Part shown: piece by piece, positions 46,198 through 56,040 of the stretch
How the letters are laid out: the number at the start of each line of letters is the position of its first letter
Numbering within the stretch: position 1 is the stretch's first letter
From: Rhabdothermincola salaria
Lineage (GTDB): Bacteria > Actinomycetota > Acidimicrobiia > Acidimicrobiales > Acidimicrobilacustridaceae
NCBI RefSeq assembly: GCF_021246445.1
Contig: NZ_JAJQXW010000001.1
Coordinates: 1,816,168-1,880,167, forward strand
Reading direction: 5' to 3'
Length of the DNA: 64,000 nucleotides
Position numbers and translations under genes: made by a program
The notes under the pieces: model-generated
Told to the model about the DNA's origin: nothing
The model's database searches: none
What the model saw: the letters and a program-made list of their open reading frames with translations, nothing else

Positions 46198-47322
46198 TCA
46201 GCTGCCGTCGGAGACGATGTCCACGACGAGGCGGGTCGGGTCGTCGTACATGGCCACCGCGAAGGGGTCGGGGGTGTCCACGCCGACCACCCAGGACATG
46301 GTGGCCTCGAAGTCCCCGACGAAGACCAGCTCGTTCACGATGCCCTGGTCGATGGCGATGCGCTCGGGGCCGTCGTAGGTGACCCGGGGCTCGTCGCCGC
46401 GCAGGCTCACGGTGCGGGCGGGCGTCAGCCGCAGCTCGAGGCGGGCGTCGCCCTCCACCGCCACGGGTTGCCCGCTACCGGGGCGGCGCACCGGTTCGTC
46501 GACGTAGCTCACCCGGTAGGCGGGCGGGCTGTCGCCCTCCTCGAACTCGAGCACGATGCGGTGGAACCCGTCGTGGGTGGCCTGGCGCACGGCCACGAGG
46601 TGCCGGACTGGCCCATCAGCCCTCGGGAAGCCCTCGCTCTGCACGTCGTCGGGGCCGGGCGTCCCCACCGGCTCGATGCCCTCGTCGGGCGGGGCGGTCG
46701 TGGTGGTGGTGGGCGCCGGGTCGTCGACGAGGTCGATGGTGAGGCTCTCGACCATGCGGTCGAGCACGCGTTGGGCCTCGGCGAAGCCGGGCTCGGTGTC
46801 GGGGATGTCGTGGGTCTGGGCGATGAGGGTCTCGCCGCCCAGGTCGATCGACCAGCGCACCACGCTCAACCCCTCGTTGTGGAGGCCCTCGCCGGTGGCC
46901 ACCAGCTCCTGGCGCAGGGCGGTGCGGCCGTCGACGGTGGCGTCGCGGCGATCGGACTCGACGAAGGCGGGCGAGTCGCTCACCACCGTGGCGAACGGTG
47001 CGGGTTCGGCGAAGAACGACAGCGCGATGGTGGTGGGCACCTCGGTGGCCTCGGGCACCTCGAAGGGCTCGGGGTCGAACAGCGAGCAGGGCGGCACGAC
47101 GGTGCCGTCGTTCACCGCCCAGGCTTCGGGGTGGGCCACCCGGTAGGCCACCTCGGGGTTCTCGCAGGTGGTCCAGGCGGGTTCGCCGTCGACGGTGGTC
47201 GAGCTGGTGGACGTGGTCGACTCGGTGGTGGTGGGGTCGTCGGGGGCCGCGTCATCACCGTCGCTGCTGCAGGCGGCGGCCACGAGGGTGAGCGCGGCGA
47301 AGAGGGCGAGGAGTCGTCGCAT
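46198..47322 (-). CDS. Lipoprotein with C-terminal AMIN-like domain
   Basis: AAAC lipobox; HDGFHRIVLEF, GDFEATMSWVVGV, PTRLVVDI. Confidence 0.8.
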   Translation of the reverse strand: MRRLLALFAALTLVAAACSSDGDDAAPDDPTTTESTTSTSSTTVDGEPAWTTCENPEVAYRVAHPEAWAVNDGTVVPPCSLFDPEPFEVPEATEVPTTIALSFFAEPAPFATVVSDSPAFVESDRRDATVDGRTALRQELVATGEGLHNEGLSVVRWSIDLGGETLIAQTHDIPDTEPGFAEAQRVLDRMVESLTIDLVDDPAPTTTTTAPPDEGIEPVGTPGPDDVQSEGFPRADGPVRHLVAVRQATHDGFHRIVLEFEEGDSPPAYRVSYVDEPVRRPGSGQPVAVEGDARLELRLTPARTVSLRGDEPRVTYDGPERIAIDQGIVNELVFVGDFEATMSWVVGVDTPDPFAVAMYDDPTRLVVDIVSDGS

Positions 47323-47389
47323 GCCGCGCGCGCTACCCGACAGCCCGCCGAGGGATGCCCCGGGGCCGCCGGCGGCCGACTGCGGTGGG

Positions 47390-48430
47390 TCAGTTGGTGG
47401 AGGCCACGGTCGCCGGGTCGGGGGCGCCGACGGCGGCGCGCAGCGCCTCGGTCATGTGCTGGGTGAAGCGGCGAGAGGCGCTGGCGTCGGGCTTGAAGCG
47501 TTCGGCGGCGTGGTACATGCCGGGGGTGATGTGCACCTCGCAGGCCACACCGGCGGCGCGGAGGCGCTCGGCGTAGTCGACGTCCTCGTCGTGGAAGAGG
47601 TCGAGGGCGCCGACGCCGATCCACGTCGGGGGCAGACCGGCGAGGTCGTCGGTGCGGGCGGCCGCCGCGTAGGGCGGCAGGGAGGCGTAGGTGGGGATGT
47701 GGCCGAGGTAGGAAGCCCACCCGAACCGGTTGGACTCGGGGGTCCACAGCAGCTGGCCCCGACCCTCGTGGTCGCGGCGCAGCGAGGTGCGGTCGTCGAT
47801 CATCGGATAGGCCAGCAACTGGAAGGCGATGGGCGGTCCACCGTCGTCGCGGGCCCGTTGGGCGAGCGAGGCGGCCAGTCCCCCACCGGCGCTGCCACCG
47901 CCGACGGCCACCCGGGCGGCGTCGATGCCGAGGGTGCCCGCATGGTCGTGCACCCAGCGCAGGGCGGTGTGGCAGTCGTCGAGCGGAGCGGGGAACGGGT
48001 GCTCGGGGGCGAGGCGGTAGTCGACGCTGACCACCACGATCCCGAGGTCGCGAGCCAGGGTGGAGCAGAAGTCGTTGTCCATCTCGGGCTGGCCGAGGAC
48101 GAGCCCGCCGCCGTGGATCCACACCAGGGCGCCGGCCGGTTCGGTGAGCTGGTCGGGCCGGTAGACGAGCACGCGCACGTCGTCGGCCCCGTCGGCGGTG
48201 GCGATGCGGTCGTCGACGGACACGCCGTCGGCCACGGGCGTGGGGCGCGACGGCAGGGAGCGCATGAACCGCAGACCCCGCTCGCTGGTGAGCGACAAGG
48301 GCAGGGCGAGCGCGGGGACGCGCAGCTCGGGGTCGCAGTCGGCCAGGCGGGTGTCGGCCTTCTTGCGCCCGAACGCCACCCCCGCTCCGATCCCTGCGGC
48401 CACCACTGTCAGCTTCATGAGCTTGCCCAT
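47390..48430 (-). CDS. Alpha/beta hydrolase (HSL-family esterase)
   Basis: HGGG, DYRLAPEHPFPA, GGSAGG, DLF..E, H in GMYHA. Confidence 0.93.
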   Translation of the reverse strand: MGKLMKLTVVAAGIGAGVAFGRKKADTRLADCDPELRVPALALPLSLTSERGLRFMRSLPSRPTPVADGVSVDDRIATADGADDVRVLVYRPDQLTEPAGALVWIHGGGLVLGQPEMDNDFCSTLARDLGIVVVSVDYRLAPEHPFPAPLDDCHTALRWVHDHAGTLGIDAARVAVGGGSAGGGLAASLAQRARDDGGPPIAFQLLAYPMIDDRTSLRRDHEGRGQLLWTPESNRFGWASYLGHIPTYASLPPYAAAARTDDLAGLPPTWIGVGALDLFHDEDVDYAERLRAAGVACEVHITPGMYHAAERFKPDASASRRFTQHMTEALRAAVGAPDPATVASTN

Positions 48431-48550
48431 GGGGTTCCTCCTGGTCATTGGGGTGCATCGTTCGTCGTTCGACCCTTCTACCAGCGCAGCACGGTCGGCG
48501 TCGGGGCGCCCCCCTCGACGACGGACCCGACGGGAGGACCCGCCGGAGCG

Positions 48551-48997
48551 TCAGTGGCGGTGGCGGTCCCACCAGCGGCGACCCACCCGGATGGCCTCGG
48601 TGGCCACGAGGGCCCAGGCCACGAGCAGCGGCTGGAAGACCAGTCGCACTGCTCGCTCGGCGTCGGTGTCGAGCCCGAAGCCGTCGTTGCCCTCGACGAA
48701 CTGGGCGATGTTGCCGGGGAACACGGCCACGAAGAAGGCGGCGGTGACGCCGCCCACGAGGGCCCGGCGGGGTTGGCGCCACTGGGTCACCAGCGCCACG
48801 CCGAGGGCCAACTCGACCACGCCCGAGACCAGCACCACCACGTCGGGGTCGGCGGGGAACCACGACGGGACCTGGGCCTGGAACTCGTCGCGCTGGAAGG
48901 TGAGGTGGCCGGTGCCGGCGACGAGCAGCGCGGCCCCGAGGAGTCCTTGCCCGACGGCTCGGACACGACGGCCGGCGCGGGCGTCACCGTTCTTCAC
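48551..48997 (-). CDS. DoxX-like membrane protein
   Basis: AGTGHL, SGVVELALG, VAVFPGNI, RLVFQP. Confidence 0.82.
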   Translation of the reverse strand: MKNGDARAGRRVRAVGQGLLGAALLVAGTGHLTFQRDEFQAQVPSWFPADPDVVVLVSGVVELALGVALVTQWRQPRRALVGGVTAAFFVAVFPGNIAQFVEGNDGFGLDTDAERAVRLVFQPLLVAWALVATEAIRVGRRWWDRHRH

Positions 48998-49155
48998 GGG
49001 GACCTTCTCGGTGGCGGGACCATCCCCGCCGACGGTACCGAGCCGGGGTCCGGCCACCAACGACACACCGGGACCGCCCCCTGGACGAGGGCGGTCCCAT
49101 GCCGTCCGTCGAGACGGCTCGGTAGGCGACCGATGGCGTCAGGGAGGAACGGCCC

Positions 49156-49199
49156 TTGACGGATTCCGACCGCTGTTCGATACTCCGAACAGTGTTAGA
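49156..49199 (+). promoter_or_regulatory. Promoter and likely operator of the tetR operon
   Basis: TTGACG-N17-GATACT, in-frame GTG 7 nt later; imperfect repeats tccgaccgctgttcga / tccgaacagtgttaga. Confidence 0.55.
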
Positions 49200-49857
49200 A
49201 GAACCGGTGCGAGATCGACGAGCGGAACGACACGCGGCGACGAGGGCGGAGATCCTCGACGCCGCCTGGACCCAGGTGCGCGAGCACGGCCTGGCCGCGC
49301 TGTCGCTGCGGGACCTGGCTCGCAGCGTGGGGATGCGGGCGCCGTCGCTGTACAGCTACTTCGACTCCAAGAACGCCATCTACGACGCCATGTACGCCCA
49401 GGCGGCGCAGCAGTTCGTCGACGAACAGCAGGCGGCGCTGCCCCTCCCCGACGACCCCGTCGAGGCGCTGAAGACCATGCTGCGCTTCTTCGTGGAGTTC
49501 TGCGCGGCGGACATCGCCCGCTACCAGCTGGTGTTCCAACGCACCATCCCCGGGTTCGAGCCGTCGCCCGAGTCCTTTCGGATCTCCCAGGAGAACCTGG
49601 CCGAGGTGGCCGAGAGGCTGGCCCGCTGCGGGGTGGACGATCCCGAGATGCTGGACCTGTTCACCGCCCTCGGCACCGGCCTCACCGACCAGCAGCTGTC
49701 CAACGACCCCGGCGGCGACCGTTGGATCCGGCTGATCGACGACGCCGCCGAGATGTTCCACGACCACCTGACCAAGCGAGCCCAGAAGGCAGACCAGGAA
49801 GCAACGGCACCCTCCCGCAAGGGCACGGGCCGGTCGAAGGGGAGGCGAGCAGGATGA
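49192..49857 (+). CDS. TetR/AcrR transcriptional regulator
   Basis: LSLRDLARSVGMRAPSLYSYFDSKN; probable leaderless GTG at 49192. Confidence 0.92.
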   Translation: MLEEPVRDRRAERHAATRAEILDAAWTQVREHGLAALSLRDLARSVGMRAPSLYSYFDSKNAIYDAMYAQAAQQFVDEQQAALPLPDDPVEALKTMLRFFVEFCAADIARYQLVFQRTIPGFEPSPESFRISQENLAEVAERLARCGVDDPEMLDLFTALGTGLTDQQLSNDPGGDRWIRLIDDAAEMFHDHLTKRAQKADQEATAPSRKGTGRSKGRRAG

Positions 49858-50612
49858 CCACGACACGGGTGGAGACGATCAGGCCGATCGCCCGGGAGGA
49901 GGTGGAATCGCTGGCGGCCACGGAGTATCGACGGGTGGCCGACCAGCTCCGACGCCTCGGGCCCGACGACTGGTCGCAGCCGACGGCGTGCCCGCTGTGG
50001 GACGTGCGGGCCATGGCCGCCCACAGCGCCGGGATGATGGCCACCTTCACCGGCTACGGGGCGATGTTCCGCACCATGCGGGCGGCGTCGAAGGAGGCCA
50101 AGCGGTCGGGCGGGCCCCGGGTCGACGGGCTCACGGCCACCCAGGTGGCCGAGCGGGCCGACGCCACCACCGACGACCTGATCGCCGAGATCGACCGGCT
50201 GGGCCCGGTCGCCGCGCGGTGGCGGGCCACCCGGCCGGCGCTGATGCGGCGCATGCCGATGAAGGAGGAGGTCGGTGGCGTGCCCGAGACGTGGCGCATG
50301 GGCTACCTGCTCGAGACCATCCTCACCCGCGACCCGTGGATGCACCGGGTCGACGTGGCCGACGCCACCGGAGCCGAGGTGGAGCTCACCGCCGAGCACG
50401 ACGGGCGCATCGTGGCCGACGTGGTGGCCGAGTGGGCCCGCCGCCACGGGCAGGCGTTCGTGCTGGAGCTCACCGGGCCGGGTCCGCTGCAGGTCGTCTA
50501 CCAGCAGGGCACCGACGGCGAGCACGTCGCCATCGACGCCCTGGAGTTCTGTCGCATCCTGTCGGGCCGTGCCACCGGGGCCGGCTTGCTCACCCAGGAG
50601 GTCCCGTTCTGA
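49854..50612 (+). CDS. Maleylpyruvate-isomerase-family (MDMPI/DinB) enzyme
   Basis: WSQPTACPLWDVRAMAAH, DPWMHRVDV; ATGA overlap with tetR. Confidence 0.88.
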   Translation: MTTTRVETIRPIAREEVESLAATEYRRVADQLRRLGPDDWSQPTACPLWDVRAMAAHSAGMMATFTGYGAMFRTMRAASKEAKRSGGPRVDGLTATQVAERADATTDDLIAEIDRLGPVAARWRATRPALMRRMPMKEEVGGVPETWRMGYLLETILTRDPWMHRVDVADATGAEVELTAEHDGRIVADVVAEWARRHGQAFVLELTGPGPLQVVYQQGTDGEHVAIDALEFCRILSGRATGAGLLTQEVPF

Positions 50613-51328
50613 TGGAATCCCGAGTCACCGAGGTCGCCCCCGACACCTACCAGCTCTCGAGCTTCGTGGGGGCTCCCGTCGGCTTCAACCAGTACCTGGT
50701 CGCCGCCGAGGAGCCCTTGCTGTTCCACACCGGCATGCGGGCCACGTTCGGTGCCGTGTCCGCCGGGGTGGGCTCGGTGCTGCCGGTGGAGTCGTTGCGG
50801 TGGGTGAGCTTCGGCCACGTGGAGGCCGACGAGTCGGGGTCGCTGAACGAGTGGCTGGCCGTGGCCCCCCACGCCACGCCGGTGCAGGGCCAGATCGGGT
50901 GCATGGTGTCGGTCGAGGACCTGGCCGACCGAGCGCCCCGACCACTGGCTCACGGCGAGACGCTCGACATCGGCGGCCACGTGGTGCAGTGGTTCGACAC
51001 GCCCCACGTGCCCCACGCCTGGGAGGCGGGGGTGCTCTACGACGTCACCGCCAAGACGTTGTTCTGCGGCGACCTGTTCACCCGGTTCGGGGAGTTCGAG
51101 GCGACCAGCGACGACGACATCGTGGGCCCGGCGGTGGAGGCCGAGGACATGGCGCCGGGCGGGCTGTCGCTGCACCCGGCCAGCGGGCGGATCATCCGGG
51201 AGCTGGCCGAGCTCGACGTGCAGACGCTGGCGCTGATGCACGGCCCGGCCTTCAGCGGCGACTGCCGCGCCGCCCTCTTGGCCCTGGCCGATGACGTCGA
51301 CGCCCGCATCGCTCGGCTGTCGAACTAG
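50612..51328 (+). CDS. MBL-fold metallo-hydrolase (FprA-like)
   Basis: FNQYL, GHVEADESG, TPHVPH, CGDLF, MHG; TGATG coupling. Confidence 0.88.
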   Translation: MESRVTEVAPDTYQLSSFVGAPVGFNQYLVAAEEPLLFHTGMRATFGAVSAGVGSVLPVESLRWVSFGHVEADESGSLNEWLAVAPHATPVQGQIGCMVSVEDLADRAPRPLAHGETLDIGGHVVQWFDTPHVPHAWEAGVLYDVTAKTLFCGDLFTRFGEFEATSDDDIVGPAVEAEDMAPGGLSLHPASGRIIRELAELDVQTLALMHGPAFSGDCRAALLALADDVDARIARLSN

Positions 51329-51372
51329 AGGTCGCTGAGCCACGGGGCTGCCGAAGGCCCCGAGGGAGTCGG

Positions 51373-51786
51373 TCACGCCCCCTCTCCCCCATCGGGCTCG
51401 TCGAGCTGGTCGAGTCGTTGCAGCAACCAGCCGGGGCCGACGACGTCGGCGCCGGTGGTACGGACCCGTTCGGCGAGCGCCCGGTCGGCGGTGACGACGA
51501 TCGCCCCGTGGTGGCTCGCCTCGGCGACGGCGGCGATGGTGTCGTCGCCCTCGCCGGGGGCGTGCACGACCGTCACCCCGTCGAGGTCGTCCTCTGTCAC
51601 GCCACGGCGGCTCTGCCCCTCGAGCACGATCGTGACGGGCGGATCGAGCAGCCCGTCGGCCACACCGGCTCGGACCCGGTCCGTGAACGTGCGGGCCGCG
51701 CCGGGCCGGTCCCGCCACCACCCGTCGGGTCGGGAACCGATCACGTTGGCGGCATCGATCACCAGCACGGCACAAGGCTCGCGCAC
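51373..51786 (-). CDS. NYN/YacP-like PIN-fold protein
   Basis: IDAANVIGSRPDGWWRDR, VLEG, GDDTI, VTADRAL. Confidence 0.82.
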   Translation of the reverse strand: MREPCAVLVIDAANVIGSRPDGWWRDRPGAARTFTDRVRAGVADGLLDPPVTIVLEGQSRRGVTEDDLDGVTVVHAPGEGDDTIAAVAEASHHGAIVVTADRALAERVRTTGADVVGPGWLLQRLDQLDEPDGGEGA

Positions 51787-51870
51787 CCGGTCCGGGCGGA
51801 GAGCGCCGCCGGTCGGGGCGACTCGACCGGCCGGCCTCCGGGGCGACGCCGAGCACTACCCTCGCCGCTC

Positions 51871-52830
51871 ATGGGAACGACGGTGGTGGAGCTCGACCGG
51901 GTCTTCGACGACGACGGCTTCATCCTCGACATGGTGCACGCCAACGCCCCGTACTGGACGACCCTGCGCTACGTGACCCCACCGACCGAGGGAACCGGTC
52001 CGAAGCCGCCGGGGTCGCCGTGGTTCCGCGGCGACTGGGCCTTCGGGGGCCGCCCGCTGGTGGAGGGCGCCGAGCGCATCCTGGCCCACGAGCCGTTCCA
52101 CGCCGCCGCCCGGGAGGTGTTCGCCGGCGGCGACCCGGGTGCGGTGGTCCGGCCGTGGAGCGTGTACCTGAACCTCAACACCGCCGGGCGCATCGCCGAC
52201 ACCGGCCACCTCGACGTGCCGCTGTACCGGGGCATCGACCGCAACGAGTGCGGGGTGCAGATCTGCCACGTGATGCGCGAGTCCGGCCTGTTCGAGCGCT
52301 GGCGGGTGCCGGTGGCCACCGCGGTGAGCTGGTTCAGCGACCAGGAGGGCGGGGCGTTCACGTACTGGGCGGACGGGCCCGACGAGCTCCCGGCCCGCCA
52401 CGCGCCGCCGTTTCGCAACACCGCCCTGGTGAGCGACAACGACACCATGCACCACCGGGTCGAGGCCGTGGGCCACACCGAGGCCGCCCCCGGGATCACG
52501 GTCGACTCGCTGCTGGCGCCGTCGCCCGGTGATCCTCGTCGCTGGGAGATCGTGGAGGACGGGGCCGTGCTGGGCACCTACGACGTGGCCGACGTCCGCC
52601 TCAGCGTCTCGTGGAAGGCGATGGTGTTCGCCGATGCCGACGACGCCCGTCGCCACGACGAGCACACCGACGACCTCACCCTGGCGCACGTGGCCGAGCT
52701 GTTGGGCGACGACCTGGCCGGTCGTGGCGTCGCTCACCCGCTCGACGCCGAGACGCTGCTCGAGCCGTCGAGCATGCAGGTGCTGTTGGACGCCTACCCC
52801 CGCCGTCCGCCGAGGCAGCCGCCGGCCTGA
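51871..52830 (+). CDS. Hypothetical protein, probable 2OG-Fe(II) oxygenase fold
   Basis: GHLDVP (HxD), HHRVEAV, RLSVSWK (RxS); TACCCT -10 8 nt before ATG. Confidence 0.65.
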   Translation: MGTTVVELDRVFDDDGFILDMVHANAPYWTTLRYVTPPTEGTGPKPPGSPWFRGDWAFGGRPLVEGAERILAHEPFHAAAREVFAGGDPGAVVRPWSVYLNLNTAGRIADTGHLDVPLYRGIDRNECGVQICHVMRESGLFERWRVPVATAVSWFSDQEGGAFTYWADGPDELPARHAPPFRNTALVSDNDTMHHRVEAVGHTEAAPGITVDSLLAPSPGDPRRWEIVEDGAVLGTYDVADVRLSVSWKAMVFADADDARRHDEHTDDLTLAHVAELLGDDLAGRGVAHPLDAETLLEPSSMQVLLDAYPRRPPRQPPA

Positions 52831-52969
52831 GTCGGCGCTCGCCCGAACCGCGGTGACGACGACCGTGAGACCAGTGGGGCTCGACCACCGGGTCCGACGC
52901 CGCGTCCGCCCCTAGATTCCCCTGGGGCGTCCGTGGGGGGCGACACCGCGACGGGGGAGGACACGACCG

Positions 52970-53521
52970 ATGACGCTGGACCCGAACAAGATCTGGGGGC
53001 TGCTCGAGGAGCGCCTGGCCGCCGAGACCGACCCGGTGGTGCGCCGCAACCTGGAGCTGGTGATCGCCCACGGCAAGGCCGAGGCCACCCTCGACCTCGA
53101 CGGCGTGCTGGCCACCCTGTGCCCGAACCCGCGATACGTGGCCCACTCGAGCCCCGATCTGGAGCTGGTGAACCCGACGACCACCGAGGGCGTGCGGGCC
53201 TTCTACCAGGCCACGATCGTCGACACCGACGCCCACCGCATCGAGCACGCGGTGGACCGGGTGATCGCCGATCGCACCGGCGTGTACACCGAGGGCGTCA
53301 TCAAGATCGCCTACCCGGGGTGGGTGCTGGCCCACCGGGGCATCGAGGTCGACGACCCCGACGCCTACTACCTGTACGTGTCGCGCATGGCCATCGTGTG
53401 GCCGGTGGACCCCGAGACCGGGCTGTTGGTCGGCGAGGAGAGCTGGGCCGAGGGCGACGGCTTCGCCGGCATCGCCGAGCGCAAGATCAGCCTCGACGAG
53501 GTGGAGCCGGTCCGGGTCTGA
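52970..53521 (+). CDS. NTF2/SnoaL-like protein
   Basis: HGKAEATLDLDGVLATL, GVRAFY, LLVGEESW; RBS ggagg. Confidence 0.78.
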   Translation: MTLDPNKIWGLLEERLAAETDPVVRRNLELVIAHGKAEATLDLDGVLATLCPNPRYVAHSSPDLELVNPTTTEGVRAFYQATIVDTDAHRIEHAVDRVIADRTGVYTEGVIKIAYPGWVLAHRGIEVDDPDAYYLYVSRMAIVWPVDPETGLLVGEESWAEGDGFAGIAERKISLDEVEPVRV

Positions 53522-53573
53522 CGCTCCGGGATACCGGCGCCCGAGTCGTCACCGGGCCGACCCGCACCGCCGT

Positions 53574-53972
53574 TCAGCGGCTGATGTCGGCCCTCCGGTC
53601 GTCGACGAGTCCGCCGAGTCGGCCCAGCGCCAGGCGGCAGACGGCGAGGTAGGGCGCCGCCGGCAAGGCAACGCCGAAGCCCACGCGGCACCGCTGCGGC
53701 CCGATGGCCTCCACGCGGTGGTCCGTGGCCGGAACCGTGGCCACCTTCCAGGCCCAGCGGGTGCCTGGTTCGAAGGTCGTGATCTCGAAGGGCAGGGTCA
53801 CGCCCACCGCCGTGGTGACGGTGCCGCGCACCCCCTCGGCCAGCTCGTCGGCGTCGAGGGCCGCGCTCCGCACCGACGGCCCCCACCGGGGCCAGGCGTC
53901 GGTGTCGACGAGGAGGTCCCAGAGCATCGTCGCCGGTGCGTCGTACTCGGCCCAGGTCCACAGCGTCTTCAC
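53574..53972 (-). CDS. SRPBCC family protein
   Basis: WDLLVDTDAWPRWGPSV, WAWKVA..ATDHRV; GTGA overlap with upstream gene. Confidence 0.82.
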   Translation of the reverse strand: MKTLWTWAEYDAPATMLWDLLVDTDAWPRWGPSVRSAALDADELAEGVRGTVTTAVGVTLPFEITTFEPGTRWAWKVATVPATDHRVEAIGPQRCRVGFGVALPAAPYLAVCRLALGRLGGLVDDRRADISR

Positions 53973-54925
53973 GAGGCGACCGTGTCGGGGGTCTCGGGCA
54001 TCTCGGGTCGCCGTTCGTCGTCGAGGTGGGCGTCGGCGGGGAGGGGCTGGCGGAACAGCCCCTTCGGCACGGGGGCGCCGCCGCGGACGAGGGCGAGGTG
54101 CCACGACGGGGAGGCGCCGAGCGTCCAGCGCAGGGCGCCGAGGGTGGTGCGCCCCACCTGGGCGGCGCCCGGTCGCGGCGACAGGCCGGTCATGTCGACC
54201 ATCCACTCGGGGAGGGTCGCCACCGCGGCCTCGAACAGGAGGCGGTAGCCGACCCGCACCGGTAGGGCGAGCGGCGGGTCGCGCAGGAAGTCGATGGAGG
54301 CCTGCTGGGCCGACGAGGGCGCGACCGCGTCGAGGTCGCGGATCCAGTTCCGCAGGTCCGGGGCGGTGGGCGGCAGCGGGCGGGCGCCGAGCAGGGCGCC
54401 GATCCGGGTCTGCTCGGCGACGAAGCGGTCGGCGTCGGCGTCGGAGAGCGGCTCGGGCCCGTAGGCCTGGTAGGCGGCGAGGAAGGAGTCGGTGAGGGCG
54501 TTGTGCACCCAGGCGGCCATCTCGGGGTGACCGGCGCGGTACGGCCGCTGGCGGTCGGAGTGGCCGTGCACGGGGCGGTGGGCGGCGCGGACCCCGGCGA
54601 CGGCGGCCTCGACCTCGGGCATGGCCCCGTAGGTCGTCTCGGTGACGTAGGCGGCCGTGCGCGAGAGCCGGCCGAGCGGGTCGGCCCGGTAGCGCGAGTG
54701 CTGCTCGACCCCGGCCACCACCTCGGGGTGGGCGGTCTGCATCACGAGGGCGCGGATGCCGCCGACGAAGACCGAGGCGTCGCCCATCACCCGCCACGAG
54801 ACCGAGTCCGGTCCCAGCAACCCGGGATCGCCCGGATGCTCGAGCGTGTGGGCGAGAGGCCGGGGTCCGTGGGCGAACAGCTGGCCGGTCGCCTCGACGA
54901 CGCGATCCTTGAGGGCGTCGATCAC
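53969..54925 (-). CDS. MpaB/DUF2236 oxygenase family protein
   Basis: GLLGPDSVSWRV, QTAHPEVVAGV, GRLSRTA, WVH; start approximate. Confidence 0.88.
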   Translation of the reverse strand: MIDALKDRVVEATGQLFAHGPRPLAHTLEHPGDPGLLGPDSVSWRVMGDASVFVGGIRALVMQTAHPEVVAGVEQHSRYRADPLGRLSRTAAYVTETTYGAMPEVEAAVAGVRAAHRPVHGHSDRQRPYRAGHPEMAAWVHNALTDSFLAAYQAYGPEPLSDADADRFVAEQTRIGALLGARPLPPTAPDLRNWIRDLDAVAPSSAQQASIDFLRDPPLALPVRVGYRLLFEAAVATLPEWMVDMTGLSPRPGAAQVGRTTLGALRWTLGASPSWHLALVRGGAPVPKGLFRQPLPADAHLDDERRPEMPETPDTVAS

Positions 54926-55144
54926 GACGAGGCCCCGCCGAGGTGGTGTTCCGCCGCGGCACCGGAGCGCGCGGCCGTGGCCGTGGTGGCGGGTGCTGGA
55001 CGGAGAGGAGTGGGCACTGCCGGCCCTCCACGGATCGACGAGACGTACTCCAGTCGGAACCGTGATCAGTGCTGAATATTCCGCTCCTCCTGAAGCGGCT
55101 GTGCCGGCGCTGACCGTAGGGCCGGGCGCCTCCACCGCTGGTGG

Positions 55145-55996
55145 CTACAGCTCGCCGCGGGCGATGAGCTCGACGGGGTCCTGCACCTCCACGGTGCCGA
55201 GGTAGCCGCCGCCGGTGGCGATGGCGTCGTGGGCGGCGTAGCCGAGCAGCTCCTGGGCGTCGCGGGGCAGGGTGCGGGCCACCTCGAGCGGGGTGGCCAG
55301 GTACTGGTTCTCCTCGGTGCGCAACCACCCGAGGCAGAAGCTGAGGTGCATGCCTCGGCGCCACCCGTCGGTGGTGTTGGAACCGCCGGCGTGGATGGTC
55401 GAGCCGAGGTACACGACGGCGGAGCCGGCCGGCATCTCGGCGGCCACCCACTCGTCGTCGGTGGGCTGGCGGTCGCGGTCGTCCCAGCGGTGGCTCCCGG
55501 GGACCACGACGGTGGCGCCGTTGTCGGCGGTGAAGTCCACGAGGGCGATGACCGAGGCCACCTGGACCTCGGGGTGCGGCGTCGGGAGCTGGTTCCACAC
55601 CAGCTCGTCGCGGTGGGGCCACTGGCGCACCGAACCGGGGCCGCGGTCCATGACGTGGGCGAGGTTGAGCTGGTAGCGGGCGCAGTTCGGCAGCAGGACC
55701 TCGTCGCACACGCCCCGCAGGACAGGGTTGGTCATGACCTCGGCGGCGAAGACGGGCGACTTGCCGGCCACGCCGACGACGTGGCGGGTCTTGTCGCCGA
55801 AGAAGCCGGCCACGGCTTGGTTCACGAACCGGCCGTCGTCGGGTCGAGCCCGCTCGAGCAGCGGGTCGAGCTCGGCGTTGAAGCGGGCGAGGAGGTCGTC
55901 GTCGAGCAGGCCGTCCACGATCACCACCCCGTCCGCCTCGAGGACCGCGACGACGTCGGCCACGGGTTCGTCGGCCTTCACGTGTTGGACGCCCAT
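55145..55996 (-). CDS. Phytanoyl-CoA dioxygenase (PhyH) family protein
   Basis: QWPHRD, DFTADNGATVVVPGSHRW, HAGG, GWLRTEENQ. Confidence 0.92.
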   Translation of the reverse strand: MGVQHVKADEPVADVVAVLEADGVVIVDGLLDDDLLARFNAELDPLLERARPDDGRFVNQAVAGFFGDKTRHVVGVAGKSPVFAAEVMTNPVLRGVCDEVLLPNCARYQLNLAHVMDRGPGSVRQWPHRDELVWNQLPTPHPEVQVASVIALVDFTADNGATVVVPGSHRWDDRDRQPTDDEWVAAEMPAGSAVVYLGSTIHAGGSNTTDGWRRGMHLSFCLGWLRTEENQYLATPLEVARTLPRDAQELLGYAAHDAIATGGGYLGTVEVQDPVELIARGEL

Positions 55997-56040
55997 CGGG
56001 TTCCCTCCCGTCCCCCTCGGCCACGTTAGGGCGTGGCCGC

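Noticed and set aside
54926..55144. Slightly AT-richer gap or N-terminal extension of mpaB-like gene; checked for tRNA-Sec or riboswitch
   Set aside because: No cloverleaf, T-loop or aptamer motif; extension does not look protein-like
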